Part shown: piece by piece, positions 29,222 through 37,805 of the stretch
Numbering within the stretch: position 1 is the first letter of the stretch
How the letters are laid out: each line of letters begins with the position of its first letter
Source of the DNA: an uncultured Treponema sp.
GTDB lineage: Bacteria > Spirochaetota > Spirochaetia > Treponematales > Treponemataceae
Length of the DNA stretch: 64,000 nucleotides
Direction: 5' to 3'
NCBI GenBank assembly: GCA_964606655.1
Contig: CAZSHF010000005.1
Span: 4,888-68,887, forward strand
Program-made: the position numbers and the translations under genes
Notes under the pieces: generated by a model
What the model was told of the DNA's origin: nothing
What the model saw: only the letters and a program-made list of their open reading frames with translations
Databases searched by the model: none

Positions 29222-29266
29222 TGACCAAGGTCATCTTTAAAAAAAAGCCGAAAATGACCAAGGTCA
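29222..29266. promoter_or_regulatory. Twin palindromic operators TGACCAAGGTCA
   Basis: Identical 12-mers at 29222-29233 and 29255-29266 (33-bp offset) between divergent genes. Confidence 0.65.
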
Positions 29267-29345
29267 CTTTTGCTGTCTACACTTTAGGTTGATTTCATCG
29301 GAACATTATTTTGTAAATTTTTCTGGACTGTGCTAAAATCACTCT

Positions 29346-30158
29346 ATGGAAAACAAAAATTTATTCACGAAATCATTCAAATTCCTTGCACGTGCAGCCT
29401 CGTCCGCGGTTTTCTGTTTTGTTGTCCTTCGGCTTGCGCAGATTCTTTTTTCCGGCGGAGATTTCTATGTCCGTTCTGAACATTGCCTTATTCCCAAAAA
29501 TATAATGCTCCTTATTTATGCATTTGATGCTCTGATTCTTCTTTTTCTGATATTTGTTCCTACAAAATTCTGGCTTTTCGGAGCGATGGCGATTTTTTAT
29601 TCAGCGACCGTTTTCATTGACCAGCCGCAAAACAATATGGGAATTCTTATTTTTGTAGTAGGCATCCAGATTCTTGCGCTGACAGGATTTTTTCAAAAAA
29701 AAGGAAAACTAAAAACTGTATCTTTTTCTGTGCTGTACATTCTGCTGATTCTTTCTGAAATACGCTTCGGAAAACGGATTTTCATTCTGTCTCTTGTGTC
29801 AAAATCTCTTTTCTTTTTTACAGTTGTCTTGATTCTTGTATTTTCGTTTCATCTGAGCCTTGGCAAACTTATTTTCACTTCTGAAAAGGTTTTCGACATT
29901 TCAGCCTTTCCCGATTTGACAATCCGGGACGCAGAATGGCTCAGCCTTATTCTAAAAGAAACAAAATACGACACAATCGCGCGTAAATACAATCTTTCAG
30001 AAGGAACAGTGAAAAACAATTTCAGGCGGATTTTCAAGATTCTGAAAGTCTCGGACAGAATCAACTTCATGTCGGTTTACGGCGGCTGCAAGATTGTTGA
30101 CGGCTCTTTCAAGAACATAAAAGTCACGGAATTCTTGAAAGACGTTTTCTGGACATAA
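29346..30158 (+). CDS. Membrane-bound LuxR-type HTH regulator
   Basis: About six TM helices, then LTIRDAEWLSLIL..KYDTIARKYNLSEGTVKNN..RIFKIL. Confidence 0.8.
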   Translation: MENKNLFTKSFKFLARAASSAVFCFVVLRLAQILFSGGDFYVRSEHCLIPKNIMLLIYAFDALILLFLIFVPTKFWLFGAMAIFYSATVFIDQPQNNMGILIFVVGIQILALTGFFQKKGKLKTVSFSVLYILLILSEIRFGKRIFILSLVSKSLFFFTVVLILVFSFHLSLGKLIFTSEKVFDISAFPDLTIRDAEWLSLILKETKYDTIARKYNLSEGTVKNNFRRIFKILKVSDRINFMSVYGGCKIVDGSFKNIKVTEFLKDVFWT

Positions 30159-30246
30159 AATAGAAACAACGCTCAAAAGTCAGTAAGTTTTGACCGGAAT
30201 CCGCTCTTGTTTTGTGAAATCCGCAGAAGTGTGTTAAAATTCATCA

Positions 30247-30294
30247 GGTCAAATGTCGAGTTCAATGGATTAACGAAGAAAACTCGACATTTGG
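30247..30294 (+). mobile_element. Mini (internally deleted) copy of the rod-hairpin repeat
   Basis: GGTCAAATGTCGAGTT joined to CGAAGAAAACTCGACATTTG, matching the two ends of copy 1. Confidence 0.75.
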
Positions 30295-30316
30295 AATATT
30301 AAAATATGGAGGAAAT

Positions 30317-30481
30317 ATGGATTTTGACGATTTAGTGAAATTTATCCTTAAAGCAGTTTGTCTTGCGATGGGAGTCGCGGTCATTGTGGTTTCGGCGCTC
30401 GGGAAATCTTCCCAGAAGACCGTGAATATCCTTCTGGGAATCGCGGCTGCCTGCGGCGGGCTTGCCCTGCTTGTGGAATAA
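30317..30481 (+). CDS. Small two-TM membrane protein (54 aa; not in ORF track)
   Basis: RBS GGAGG; MDFDDLVKFILKAVCLAMGVAVIVVSALGKSSQKTVNILLGIAAACGGLALLVE. Confidence 0.75.
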   Translation: MDFDDLVKFILKAVCLAMGVAVIVVSALGKSSQKTVNILLGIAAACGGLALLVE

Positions 30482-30552
30482 TCATTCCTCGCAAGCCGAA
30501 CCTTTAAACGCTTTTTCCGCAGAAATTATATAAACCCGCCCTTTCAGCCTGA

Positions 30553-30981
30553 TCAGCCCGAAAAACCGGAAGATTCTTTTTTCATCTCTTCTTTCAAGGC
30601 ATTGTAAAGCTCAGGATAACTTTGCTCCAAGGCGACAGGCTTTCCGTCCGTGTCAAGAAAACAATGCGAACTCTTTCCTTTAAACACAGTTTCGTCATTC
30701 ACTTTCATATCGTAGGAAAAAGTCAGCTTGAACGCTGTAAGTTTTTCAGGACGGACATAAATATAAATATCGTCGGGAAAAGTTGTCGTCTTTCTGTAGC
30801 TGCATTCAAGCGTAAGGACAGGAGAGGCGATTCCGCGTTCCTCGATTTTGTCAAAAGGCGAGCCGATTTTATTCAGATAATCGACGCGCGCCTCTTCCAT
30901 AAACCGCACATAGTTTGAATGATGTGTGATTCCCATTTTGTCAGTCTCGTAGTAGCGAACCTGATGAACATAAGGTTTCAT
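30553..30981 (-). CDS. Acyl-CoA thioesterase (YbgC/4HBT family)
   Basis: VRYYETDKMGITHHSNYVRFMEEAR. Confidence 0.92.
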   Translation of the reverse strand: MKPYVHQVRYYETDKMGITHHSNYVRFMEEARVDYLNKIGSPFDKIEERGIASPVLTLECSYRKTTTFPDDIYIYVRPEKLTAFKLTFSYDMKVNDETVFKGKSSHCFLDTDGKPVALEQSYPELYNALKEEMKKESSGFSG

Positions 30982-31250
30982 GATTCTGATTCTCCGTCTG
31001 TCTCGTCCTCTTCAAAAAGTTCGCGCAAAAACTTATGCCGCCGGACAATCGGAAGAAGATGCTTTCTGTAAACTTTATGCTTTTTGAACCAGTTTTTGAA
31101 TCTTTTGGAACCGTTCGCCGCAAAGAAAAGCGACGCGGCAAAAAACGGAACTTGCGGAACAACAGGAATCATAAGTCCTATAATTCCGAGAACAAAAAAC
31201 ACAATCGCAAGAAAAATAAATATTCCGTTGATAATCTGGCGCAAAAGCAT
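30978..31250 (-). CDS. DUF454/YbaN family membrane protein
   Basis: LGIIGLMIPVVPQVPFF..F..GSKRFKNW. Confidence 0.8.
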   Translation of the reverse strand: MLLRQIINGIFIFLAIVFFVLGIIGLMIPVVPQVPFFAASLFFAANGSKRFKNWFKKHKVYRKHLLPIVRRHKFLRELFEEDETDGESES

Positions 31251-31499
31251 GATTTAGGATAACGGATTGCGTTTCCGCTTGCAATATTGCAATAATCCGC
31301 CGCAAAGAACTTATCAGTCCGCCTAAAATCCCGAAAATCGCCAGACGAAAACCAAAATTCGCTCGCAAACTGTCATCAAATTCCTGGTGATTTTTTGGTG
31401 ACCGTTTGCGGCTGAATTTTCTTTGCACAGATTTTCTTCGGTGTTATCTTAGAATCAGAAAAAGCAAGAGATGCTTTGAAAAAGCAATAGGAGGAAAAA

Positions 31500-31880
31500 A
31501 TGCAGCTGAAATTTTATTATTGCAGACACTGCGGAAAAATCATCGCAATCGTAAAGGATTCAAAAGTTCCGACAGTCTGTTGCGGCGACGAAATGCTGGA
31601 GCTTGTACCGGGAACAACTGACGGAGCGGCGGAAAAACACGTTCCTGTAATCAAAGTGAAAGGAAGCACTGTGACTGTAACAGTCGGCTCAAAGATTCAT
31701 CCTTCGGAGGAAGAGCATTACATCGAATGGATTTTGCTTCAGACGGACAAAGGATTGCAGCAGAAATGGCTTAGCCCGGGAAATTCGCCTAAAGCGGATT
31801 TTGCCGTGATGACCGGCGAAAGAGTCGAGGCGGCTTACGAGTTCTGCAATATCCACAAGCTCTGGAAAGCGGAAGCCTGA
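31500..31880 (+). CDS. dfx: Desulfoferrodoxin / superoxide reductase
   Basis: C..CG, CCG, EKHVP, HP..EHYIEWI, CNIH.LW. Confidence 0.93.
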   Translation: MQLKFYYCRHCGKIIAIVKDSKVPTVCCGDEMLELVPGTTDGAAEKHVPVIKVKGSTVTVTVGSKIHPSEEEHYIEWILLQTDKGLQQKWLSPGNSPKADFAVMTGERVEAAYEFCNIHKLWKAEA

Positions 31881-31972
31881 TTGTCTGCGGAAAAACACAG
31901 GCAGAAAACGGCAAAACAGAAATCAGATAAAAAGGACACGAGGGAGTTTATCAGCGAATACAAAGTGTTCGG

Positions 31973-32021
31973 GCCAGATGCTCTGAGCCGTGGAGAGATG
32001 CTCAACATCTGGCTTTTTTTT
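31973..32021 (+). terminator. Rho-independent terminator
   Basis: GCCAGATG..TGAGC/GCTCA..CATCTGGC followed by T8. Confidence 0.6.
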
Positions 32022-32041
32022 CAGGCTCGTCCTTAACACCT

Positions 32042-32704
32042 TCAGGAGATTTCGTATTCTTTCTTGAAAAGCTCAATAAGCTGTTCACGTGTAATATTTC
32101 CGTTCCGCTCGCGTGCGGCTTTCAGTTTTCTGTAGACAGTGTTCTCGCTGAACCCTTCGACCTCTTTCTGATAAATTTTTCCGCTGCAAAGCTGCTCTAA
32201 AATCTTTATCTCGTCTTCATAAAGGATAAGTTTTTTGCGTTCAAACTGGTTGTCCACGACAAAGAACACAGTTCCGAAAAACCAGATTGAGCGGACAACG
32301 TGAATCAGAAAATGAAAGACAGATTCGCCGTTCATAGAAAACGCAAGGCTCGCCGCCAAAAAATAAAGCACAATCGCGATGTATTTTACTTTCGGCTTTA
32401 TCATTATGACGATGCACAGAATGAACAGAGCCGTGTAATTGTTGAAAAGAAAAGTTTTCTCGAACGCAATCAGGAACACAAGAATCAGCGAATAGACAAG
32501 ATAAAAATACGAAAAACATTTCCGCCTGAAAATCGCGGCGAACGGAATGTAAAGAAAATTTGAAAAGACGATAATCCAGTTTCCTATGAAGAAACCTTCG
32601 GAAAATCCTTTCCAGATGTAAAGAACGCAAAGGATTCCCGAAAGAACACTTGTGAACAGAACAAAATGGTCGTGCAAAACATCGCCAAAAAAACTGGATT
32701 TCAT
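32042..32704 (-). CDS. Membrane protein with C-terminal HTH-like segment
   Basis: Several TM helices, then LYEDEIKILEQL...FSENTVYRKLKAAR. Confidence 0.65.
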   Translation of the reverse strand: MKSSFFGDVLHDHFVLFTSVLSGILCVLYIWKGFSEGFFIGNWIIVFSNFLYIPFAAIFRRKCFSYFYLVYSLILVFLIAFEKTFLFNNYTALFILCIVIMIKPKVKYIAIVLYFLAASLAFSMNGESVFHFLIHVVRSIWFFGTVFFVVDNQFERKKLILYEDEIKILEQLCSGKIYQKEVEGFSENTVYRKLKAARERNGNITREQLIELFKKEYEIS

Positions 32705-32769
32705 AAAAACCTCTGGTGCTGCAAAATGCTGTAAAATGTTTTCCGACTTTTATATTTATACGCTATGTC

Positions 32770-34098
32770 CTAAAAACTTAAGCCGACAAACGCTCCGAAA
32801 ACAGGTCCGGAATTTTCAGCTCCGCCGATTCGCCAGGAAAATGTTCCTCCGAAATTCAGAAAGTTGAACACAGAATTGAATCCGACCTGCGGGACAAAAT
32901 AAACATTCGCCCTTTCGTTTTCAAGCCAGGCATCTTTCGCGATTTCGCTTGAATCAGAAGTTTTCTTAAGCGTTCCCTGACGGTAAGACATTTCGATATC
33001 CGCTCCGATTCCAAGAAGAAGCCAAGTGTGCGGAATTGTCTTTACTGTAAGTCCGGCTGTGAATCCTACAAAATCCGAATAGGAATTTCCGTTCGGCTCA
33101 AACGAAACTTCTGCGCCCTTGTAGGAACGGTAATAATTGTCCTTGAACAGGACATTTCCCGAATTGTCCAAAGAGCCGACTACAGGTCCGTGAAATGAAC
33201 CGATTTGAAATGCCATTGAATAATAAGCGCCGACCGGCTGTCCGCCCCAGATATAATTGAATGACGAACTGAAGGCGCCGAACGGAAAAATCACTCCGTA
33301 ACTCAAACTGTGCCTGTCTGTTTTCGGGTCGCCCCAAGGATGAAGAATTTCCTCGCGATCGCTCCGCAAGAACACAAATTCCACCTTGTCGTCCGAATCC
33401 GCATTGAATACAACTTTGTAGTCCGGAGAATATCCGATGTCCGAGACAAAATATCCGCTTGCAGTTCCGCCCGGCTCGATTGTCTTGCTGAAAAGCAAGG
33501 CTTCCCTTAAATGCGAAGGAGAATAATTGAAGTCGTCCATAAGCGAAGAGATTATCGCCGCGCTCGCTCCGACTCCAAGCCACGTTGAAAACAATGAAGA
33601 GTAAGGCCTGTAATGACGCGGCGGTGGCGGCCTGTGATGATGTCTAGGCGGAGGTCCGTAACGCGGCGGTGGCGGAGGATTTGCAGAATCAAGAATCGCG
33701 TCCAGAACTATAAGTCCGATTCCGATTCCAGCCGCGACTTGCGCCGCTTTGTGTTCCGCCTCTTTTTTCGCAAAATATGAAGTCGCGCTGTAATATCTTA
33801 TATAACTCCATTCATTCGTCTCAGAATTTCCTGCGAACACTGAAATCGAGTTCTCATCAAAATTATAAGGCTCTGTTCCGTTGTTTCTGATTGTCATCAC
33901 ATAACGGACACTGCTGTCTTCGGAAATATATCTTGCGGCGACTGAAACAGAAAGATTGTTTTCGGTCTGGCAAGAAACCACAGGATTTCCCTCTGAATCA
34001 GAAAGCCTGACTTCTTTTGCATAAAACGGAAGGGCGAAAAAAAGAGCTGAAACAAAAGCAAAAAGTCTTTTCATCCTCATGATTCCAATATCACTCAT
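32770..34098 (-). CDS. Exported protein with Pro/His-rich linker and probable C-terminal beta-barrel
   Basis: Signal peptide; PPPPRYGPPPRHHHRPPPPRH; ends FGAFVGLSF. Confidence 0.6.
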   Translation of the reverse strand: MSDIGIMRMKRLFAFVSALFFALPFYAKEVRLSDSEGNPVVSCQTENNLSVSVAARYISEDSSVRYVMTIRNNGTEPYNFDENSISVFAGNSETNEWSYIRYYSATSYFAKKEAEHKAAQVAAGIGIGLIVLDAILDSANPPPPPRYGPPPRHHHRPPPPRHYRPYSSLFSTWLGVGASAAIISSLMDDFNYSPSHLREALLFSKTIEPGGTASGYFVSDIGYSPDYKVVFNADSDDKVEFVFLRSDREEILHPWGDPKTDRHSLSYGVIFPFGAFSSSFNYIWGGQPVGAYYSMAFQIGSFHGPVVGSLDNSGNVLFKDNYYRSYKGAEVSFEPNGNSYSDFVGFTAGLTVKTIPHTWLLLGIGADIEMSYRQGTLKKTSDSSEIAKDAWLENERANVYFVPQVGFNSVFNFLNFGGTFSWRIGGAENSGPVFGAFVGLSF

Positions 34099-34156
34099 GC
34101 AAAAACCTCCTCTCAAGTATTTTATAGGAAAAGCCTGAATAATGAAAGTTTATTTT

Positions 34157-34954
34157 TCAAGGTTCGCTGTTCTGCTCACTGGAGTCTGTTTGCTCAGGAA
34201 TCCGTTTTCCGATGTAGTAATATCTGTGCGGATTCTTTTTGCTGAACCTTACGCCAAGCTCAATCTGGTAATTCCAGGAGACATTGTAAATCTGGTTCTT
34301 GTTCGAGCCTAAATTCGGATAGTCAAGGCTTGCGATTCCGTTTGTGACAATTGTCCAGTTTTTGGCGAGCGGAAGCTCAAGTCCTGCAAGAAGCCCGGCG
34401 CCAAGGTAAAACAGGTGATATTCGTCCGTAAGCTGATACATAAAATGAAGTCCGCCAGAACCTTTTATATGGACATATCTCCACATATCAGTCTCGAGCA
34501 TCGGGCCTGCGTAAAAGTCAACCGCGCCGCGCAGCATCTGAAGCTGCTTCATGTCCATTCCGTTGAAAGTGTTGTGCACCGGATAATAAACCGCAAGACG
34601 CGCGATGCTGTTCACAGGCTTCATGTTCACGGACTGGACAGAAACATAAGCGCCTAAAAGTCCGTTCTGCCATACAAAGTTGCTTCTCTTTTCCTGAACC
34701 TCAAGACGGGTCACAAGGCTTCCTGCAAATCCGTAGTTGAAAATCGGGAAAGGCTTTTTTTCAATGACCGGAAAGCCTGTCTTTGAGTCGAGCGGAACAT
34801 CGTCTTCCGTGTAAATTATATTTTCGGACTCCTCGTTTTTGATAAGAATTCCTGAAGTCTGGCTCTGGGCAAAAAGATTCTGGGCGGAAAAAAAATCCGT
34901 TCCGGCAAAGCAAAAGCCGAATGCAAGCAGCAAAACCATAAATGTCTTTTTCAT
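34157..34954 (-). CDS. Exported protein, probable small beta-barrel
   Basis: Signal peptide; alternating aromatic beta-strands, YQIELGVRF near the C-terminus. Confidence 0.55.
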   Translation of the reverse strand: MKKTFMVLLLAFGFCFAGTDFFSAQNLFAQSQTSGILIKNEESENIIYTEDDVPLDSKTGFPVIEKKPFPIFNYGFAGSLVTRLEVQEKRSNFVWQNGLLGAYVSVQSVNMKPVNSIARLAVYYPVHNTFNGMDMKQLQMLRGAVDFYAGPMLETDMWRYVHIKGSGGLHFMYQLTDEYHLFYLGAGLLAGLELPLAKNWTIVTNGIASLDYPNLGSNKNQIYNVSWNYQIELGVRFSKKNPHRYYYIGKRIPEQTDSSEQNSEP

Positions 34955-35021
34955 AAATTATTCCCGATGTTGTTTAGCGTTTAATTCTGTTCTGTTTTCC
35001 TTAAGTTATGTTGCCCGCACA

Positions 35022-35396
35022 TTATTTTGATTTTGCGGAAAGATAAAGCGTAAGCGAACGGGACTCATCGCTTGATGTCTTCCATGTCAGATAAAGAATC
35101 GAGCCGCGTATATCCCATTCCGAAACAATTGTGTAAGACGGAGACTCGACATTGAATGTGAGCACATTGTCATGAAGGCTGTATGTTCCTTGCGACGCTT
35201 CGCTTCCGGAAGATGTCTTCACTTTCGCGCTGAAAGTGTAGTCGCTCTGAAACCGGATTGTGTTTCCGCTGTTGTCAACCCAAGTTCCGTAAAGGGGCGA
35301 CGGAGTGTAGCATCCGGACATCAAAAATGCCGAGGCAAAAACAAGTCCGACAGCAAAAATTTTGGCAAAAACCATTCTGTTCATTTTATTTTTCAT
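35022..35396 (-). CDS. Small lipoprotein (lipocalin-like/DUF5640-like)
   Basis: Lipobox MSGC; LYGTWVD..IRFQSDYTF..GTYS. Confidence 0.7.
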   Translation of the reverse strand: MKNKMNRMVFAKIFAVGLVFASAFLMSGCYTPSPLYGTWVDNSGNTIRFQSDYTFSAKVKTSSGSEASQGTYSLHDNVLTFNVESPSYTIVSEWDIRGSILYLTWKTSSDESRSLTLYLSAKSK

Positions 35397-35455
35397 TTTC
35401 AGTTCCTTTGATTACTTTAATTCCCTAGTTCAATTCATTCAATTTCCAGAGAAAA

Positions 35456-37786
35456 TCATTTGCGGTTGTAGCCTGTGTCTTCTTCTCCGACCTGCCAGCT
35501 AACCTGCCCTGAATCAAGAAGAACATTTCCGTCCGTGTCGTATGTTGTGACAAGGTAATAGCCTCCGCCGGCCGCGCCGCTCACGATTTTCAGATTGTCA
35601 TAAATCACTTTTCCCGGATACATTCCTTTGCAGTCAACAGAATTGCTCATGTTTCCGTTCGCGCTCATATTGCATTTTGTGTCCGTGCTTCCGTTCAGGA
35701 TAAAATATTCAAGGCAGCGCGATTTTTCAGTCTGGCTCAAAGCGGAATAATCCGGGTCGTTCTTTCCGATATAAAGAGTTCCGTCAGTTCCGCAGTAAAA
35801 ATCAGAATAATTCTGGTAAGGCATTTTTATTTCCGCGCCAAGCCCTGAAATTTTTGAAGTGTAAGTCAGAGTTCCGCCGACATCGCCTGAAACTGTTTCT
35901 GTTCCAAGCTTGTCCATATCGCTTGACTTGTGCATCAAAGTGAGCTTTGCCTGCGAATGCATTATCGACTTGTTGTATTCGCGGAACCATTGGTCGCAGG
36001 TAAGAGAACCGTAGCCCCGGCAGCCGAAATTTGTGTCCTCGGAAGGATTGTTTGAATGGCTTCCCTGCATCTGGATATTGAGCGAAACGACTTTGTAATA
36101 GTACATTTCTCCGGCTTTCGCTCCGCTGTTGGAATCAATGCAGAACAAATCCTGAACTGTCGCGACTTTCTTGAATCCGCTTTCCGCAGAAGTCGAACGG
36201 TAAACTGTGTAAGCGTAAGGTGTCTCGTTTTCAGGCGAATCCCAGGTTATTTTCACAGGATAAACTCCGTTCGCGTTCGCGGTCCAGACTGAATCCGAAA
36301 TCATGTTTTTGGTCGCCTGAACATTCCGCGGAGAATCAGGATGAGGCGCGGCTGCTGAACTAAGCTCGCTTTCAAGGTTTTTCGCGTTCACTGTAGTGAT
36401 TTTGTAAAAATTGTATTTTTTTATGTTTATCTTCAAATATCCGTCCTCGTCAGGAGAAACCGAAATATTCTGCTTCAGCATTGTGAACGATTCGTCAGCA
36501 TTTGATGAAATATAAATATTGTACGCGAACGGAACAGAGACAATGTCTGAACCCAAAGCCGCTTTCCATTTAAGGTAAACTTCGCCTTCAGAAAGACTTG
36601 CGTCCTCGGCGACTGTTATAATTGACGGCGGGCTCAAAAGAAAACCGTAAGCCGGATTTTCGCTTTCTTCGCCCGAATCGCTGAATCCGCTTTTCGCCTC
36701 TTCCTGAGTTGTGTCGTCAACCGCGATTGTCATCACATAATAGTAATAAAAAACGCCTGGCTTTAAATTCGACTTGTCTGTGAATTTCGTGTCTGTCGTC
36801 CTGGACTTTATCAGATTGATTACTGAACTTTCTGAACTGGAACGGTAGACATTGTAGAATATGGTTTTTCCAGCCGAAGTCACTTCGTCCCATTTTATGT
36901 CGATTGTTTTTGTCGATTCCGCGAATCCGTTTTCAACGCGGACATTTTCCGGCGCGCTCGGCGAACCTTCTTTCAAGGAATATCCCATCGCGATTGAACT
37001 TTGGGCGGATTCCTGTCCGTAGGAATTCACAGCGACAATCTTGTAGTAGAATTCCGTTCCCTGCTCCGAATCGGAAATCTCGTCTTTATAAGAAGTCAAG
37101 CCCGCCGAAACTGTGTCCAAAAGCTCCATTCCTGTTCCGTTTTCTTTTTCGCCGCGCCAGATTCTGTATTTTTCACTCTCTTCAACAGGCTGCCAGTCAA
37201 CCTGAATTTCTGAGACAGATTTTCCTTTCCATGCGACAACATTCTGCGGAACTGAATAAAGATAACCTAAGGCTTTTGATTCAGGGTTCTGTATATCCGT
37301 AAAGCCGCTTGCGACATATCCTTTTCCGATATTCTCTGCGCAGACGCGGTAATAATATCTGTATGAATATTCAAGGTCATTCTCGCCGGGATTTTCAAGA
37401 ATCGTGTCCACATATTTTGTGCTGTAGACAAATTTCTCAAGGACTTCAAAATCCTCGTCCTCAGGCAAAGCGAGGTTTCCGTCTGAATCAGGAACAGAAA
37501 CCGCGCGTTCGATGACATAAGAAGAAGCGTTCTTGACTTCTTTCCAGCGGACTTCAATTTTTCCCGGATAAACGCCTTCGCTGGCAAAAACCTGTTCAGG
37601 CGAATCAAGATAAACTTTATCGCTTTCATAATAGAAGAAATCCGAAAAATCCGAGACTTTTGTTTCGCTGTCCATCGGAACTTTCTGCTCAAACCATGAA
37701 TAGCAGGAAGAAAGCAGAATCGCGGAGAAAAGAATCAGGGCAGCCGAAAGCGTAAAACGCGTTGTGTTTTTTATTGTGTGTTTCAT
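35456..37786 (-). CDS. Fibronectin type III repeat lipoprotein
   Basis: Lipobox LSSC; repeated P.NV.A..I.V.W..Y.IYR..Y.D..YYY.V. Confidence 0.85.
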   Translation of the reverse strand: MKHTIKNTTRFTLSAALILFSAILLSSCYSWFEQKVPMDSETKVSDFSDFFYYESDKVYLDSPEQVFASEGVYPGKIEVRWKEVKNASSYVIERAVSVPDSDGNLALPEDEDFEVLEKFVYSTKYVDTILENPGENDLEYSYRYYYRVCAENIGKGYVASGFTDIQNPESKALGYLYSVPQNVVAWKGKSVSEIQVDWQPVEESEKYRIWRGEKENGTGMELLDTVSAGLTSYKDEISDSEQGTEFYYKIVAVNSYGQESAQSSIAMGYSLKEGSPSAPENVRVENGFAESTKTIDIKWDEVTSAGKTIFYNVYRSSSESSVINLIKSRTTDTKFTDKSNLKPGVFYYYYVMTIAVDDTTQEEAKSGFSDSGEESENPAYGFLLSPPSIITVAEDASLSEGEVYLKWKAALGSDIVSVPFAYNIYISSNADESFTMLKQNISVSPDEDGYLKINIKKYNFYKITTVNAKNLESELSSAAAPHPDSPRNVQATKNMISDSVWTANANGVYPVKITWDSPENETPYAYTVYRSTSAESGFKKVATVQDLFCIDSNSGAKAGEMYYYKVVSLNIQMQGSHSNNPSEDTNFGCRGYGSLTCDQWFREYNKSIMHSQAKLTLMHKSSDMDKLGTETVSGDVGGTLTYTSKISGLGAEIKMPYQNYSDFYCGTDGTLYIGKNDPDYSALSQTEKSRCLEYFILNGSTDTKCNMSANGNMSNSVDCKGMYPGKVIYDNLKIVSGAAGGGYYLVTTYDTDGNVLLDSGQVSWQVGEEDTGYNRK

Positions 37787-37805
37787 TTCAGTTCCTAAAC
37801 GTTCC

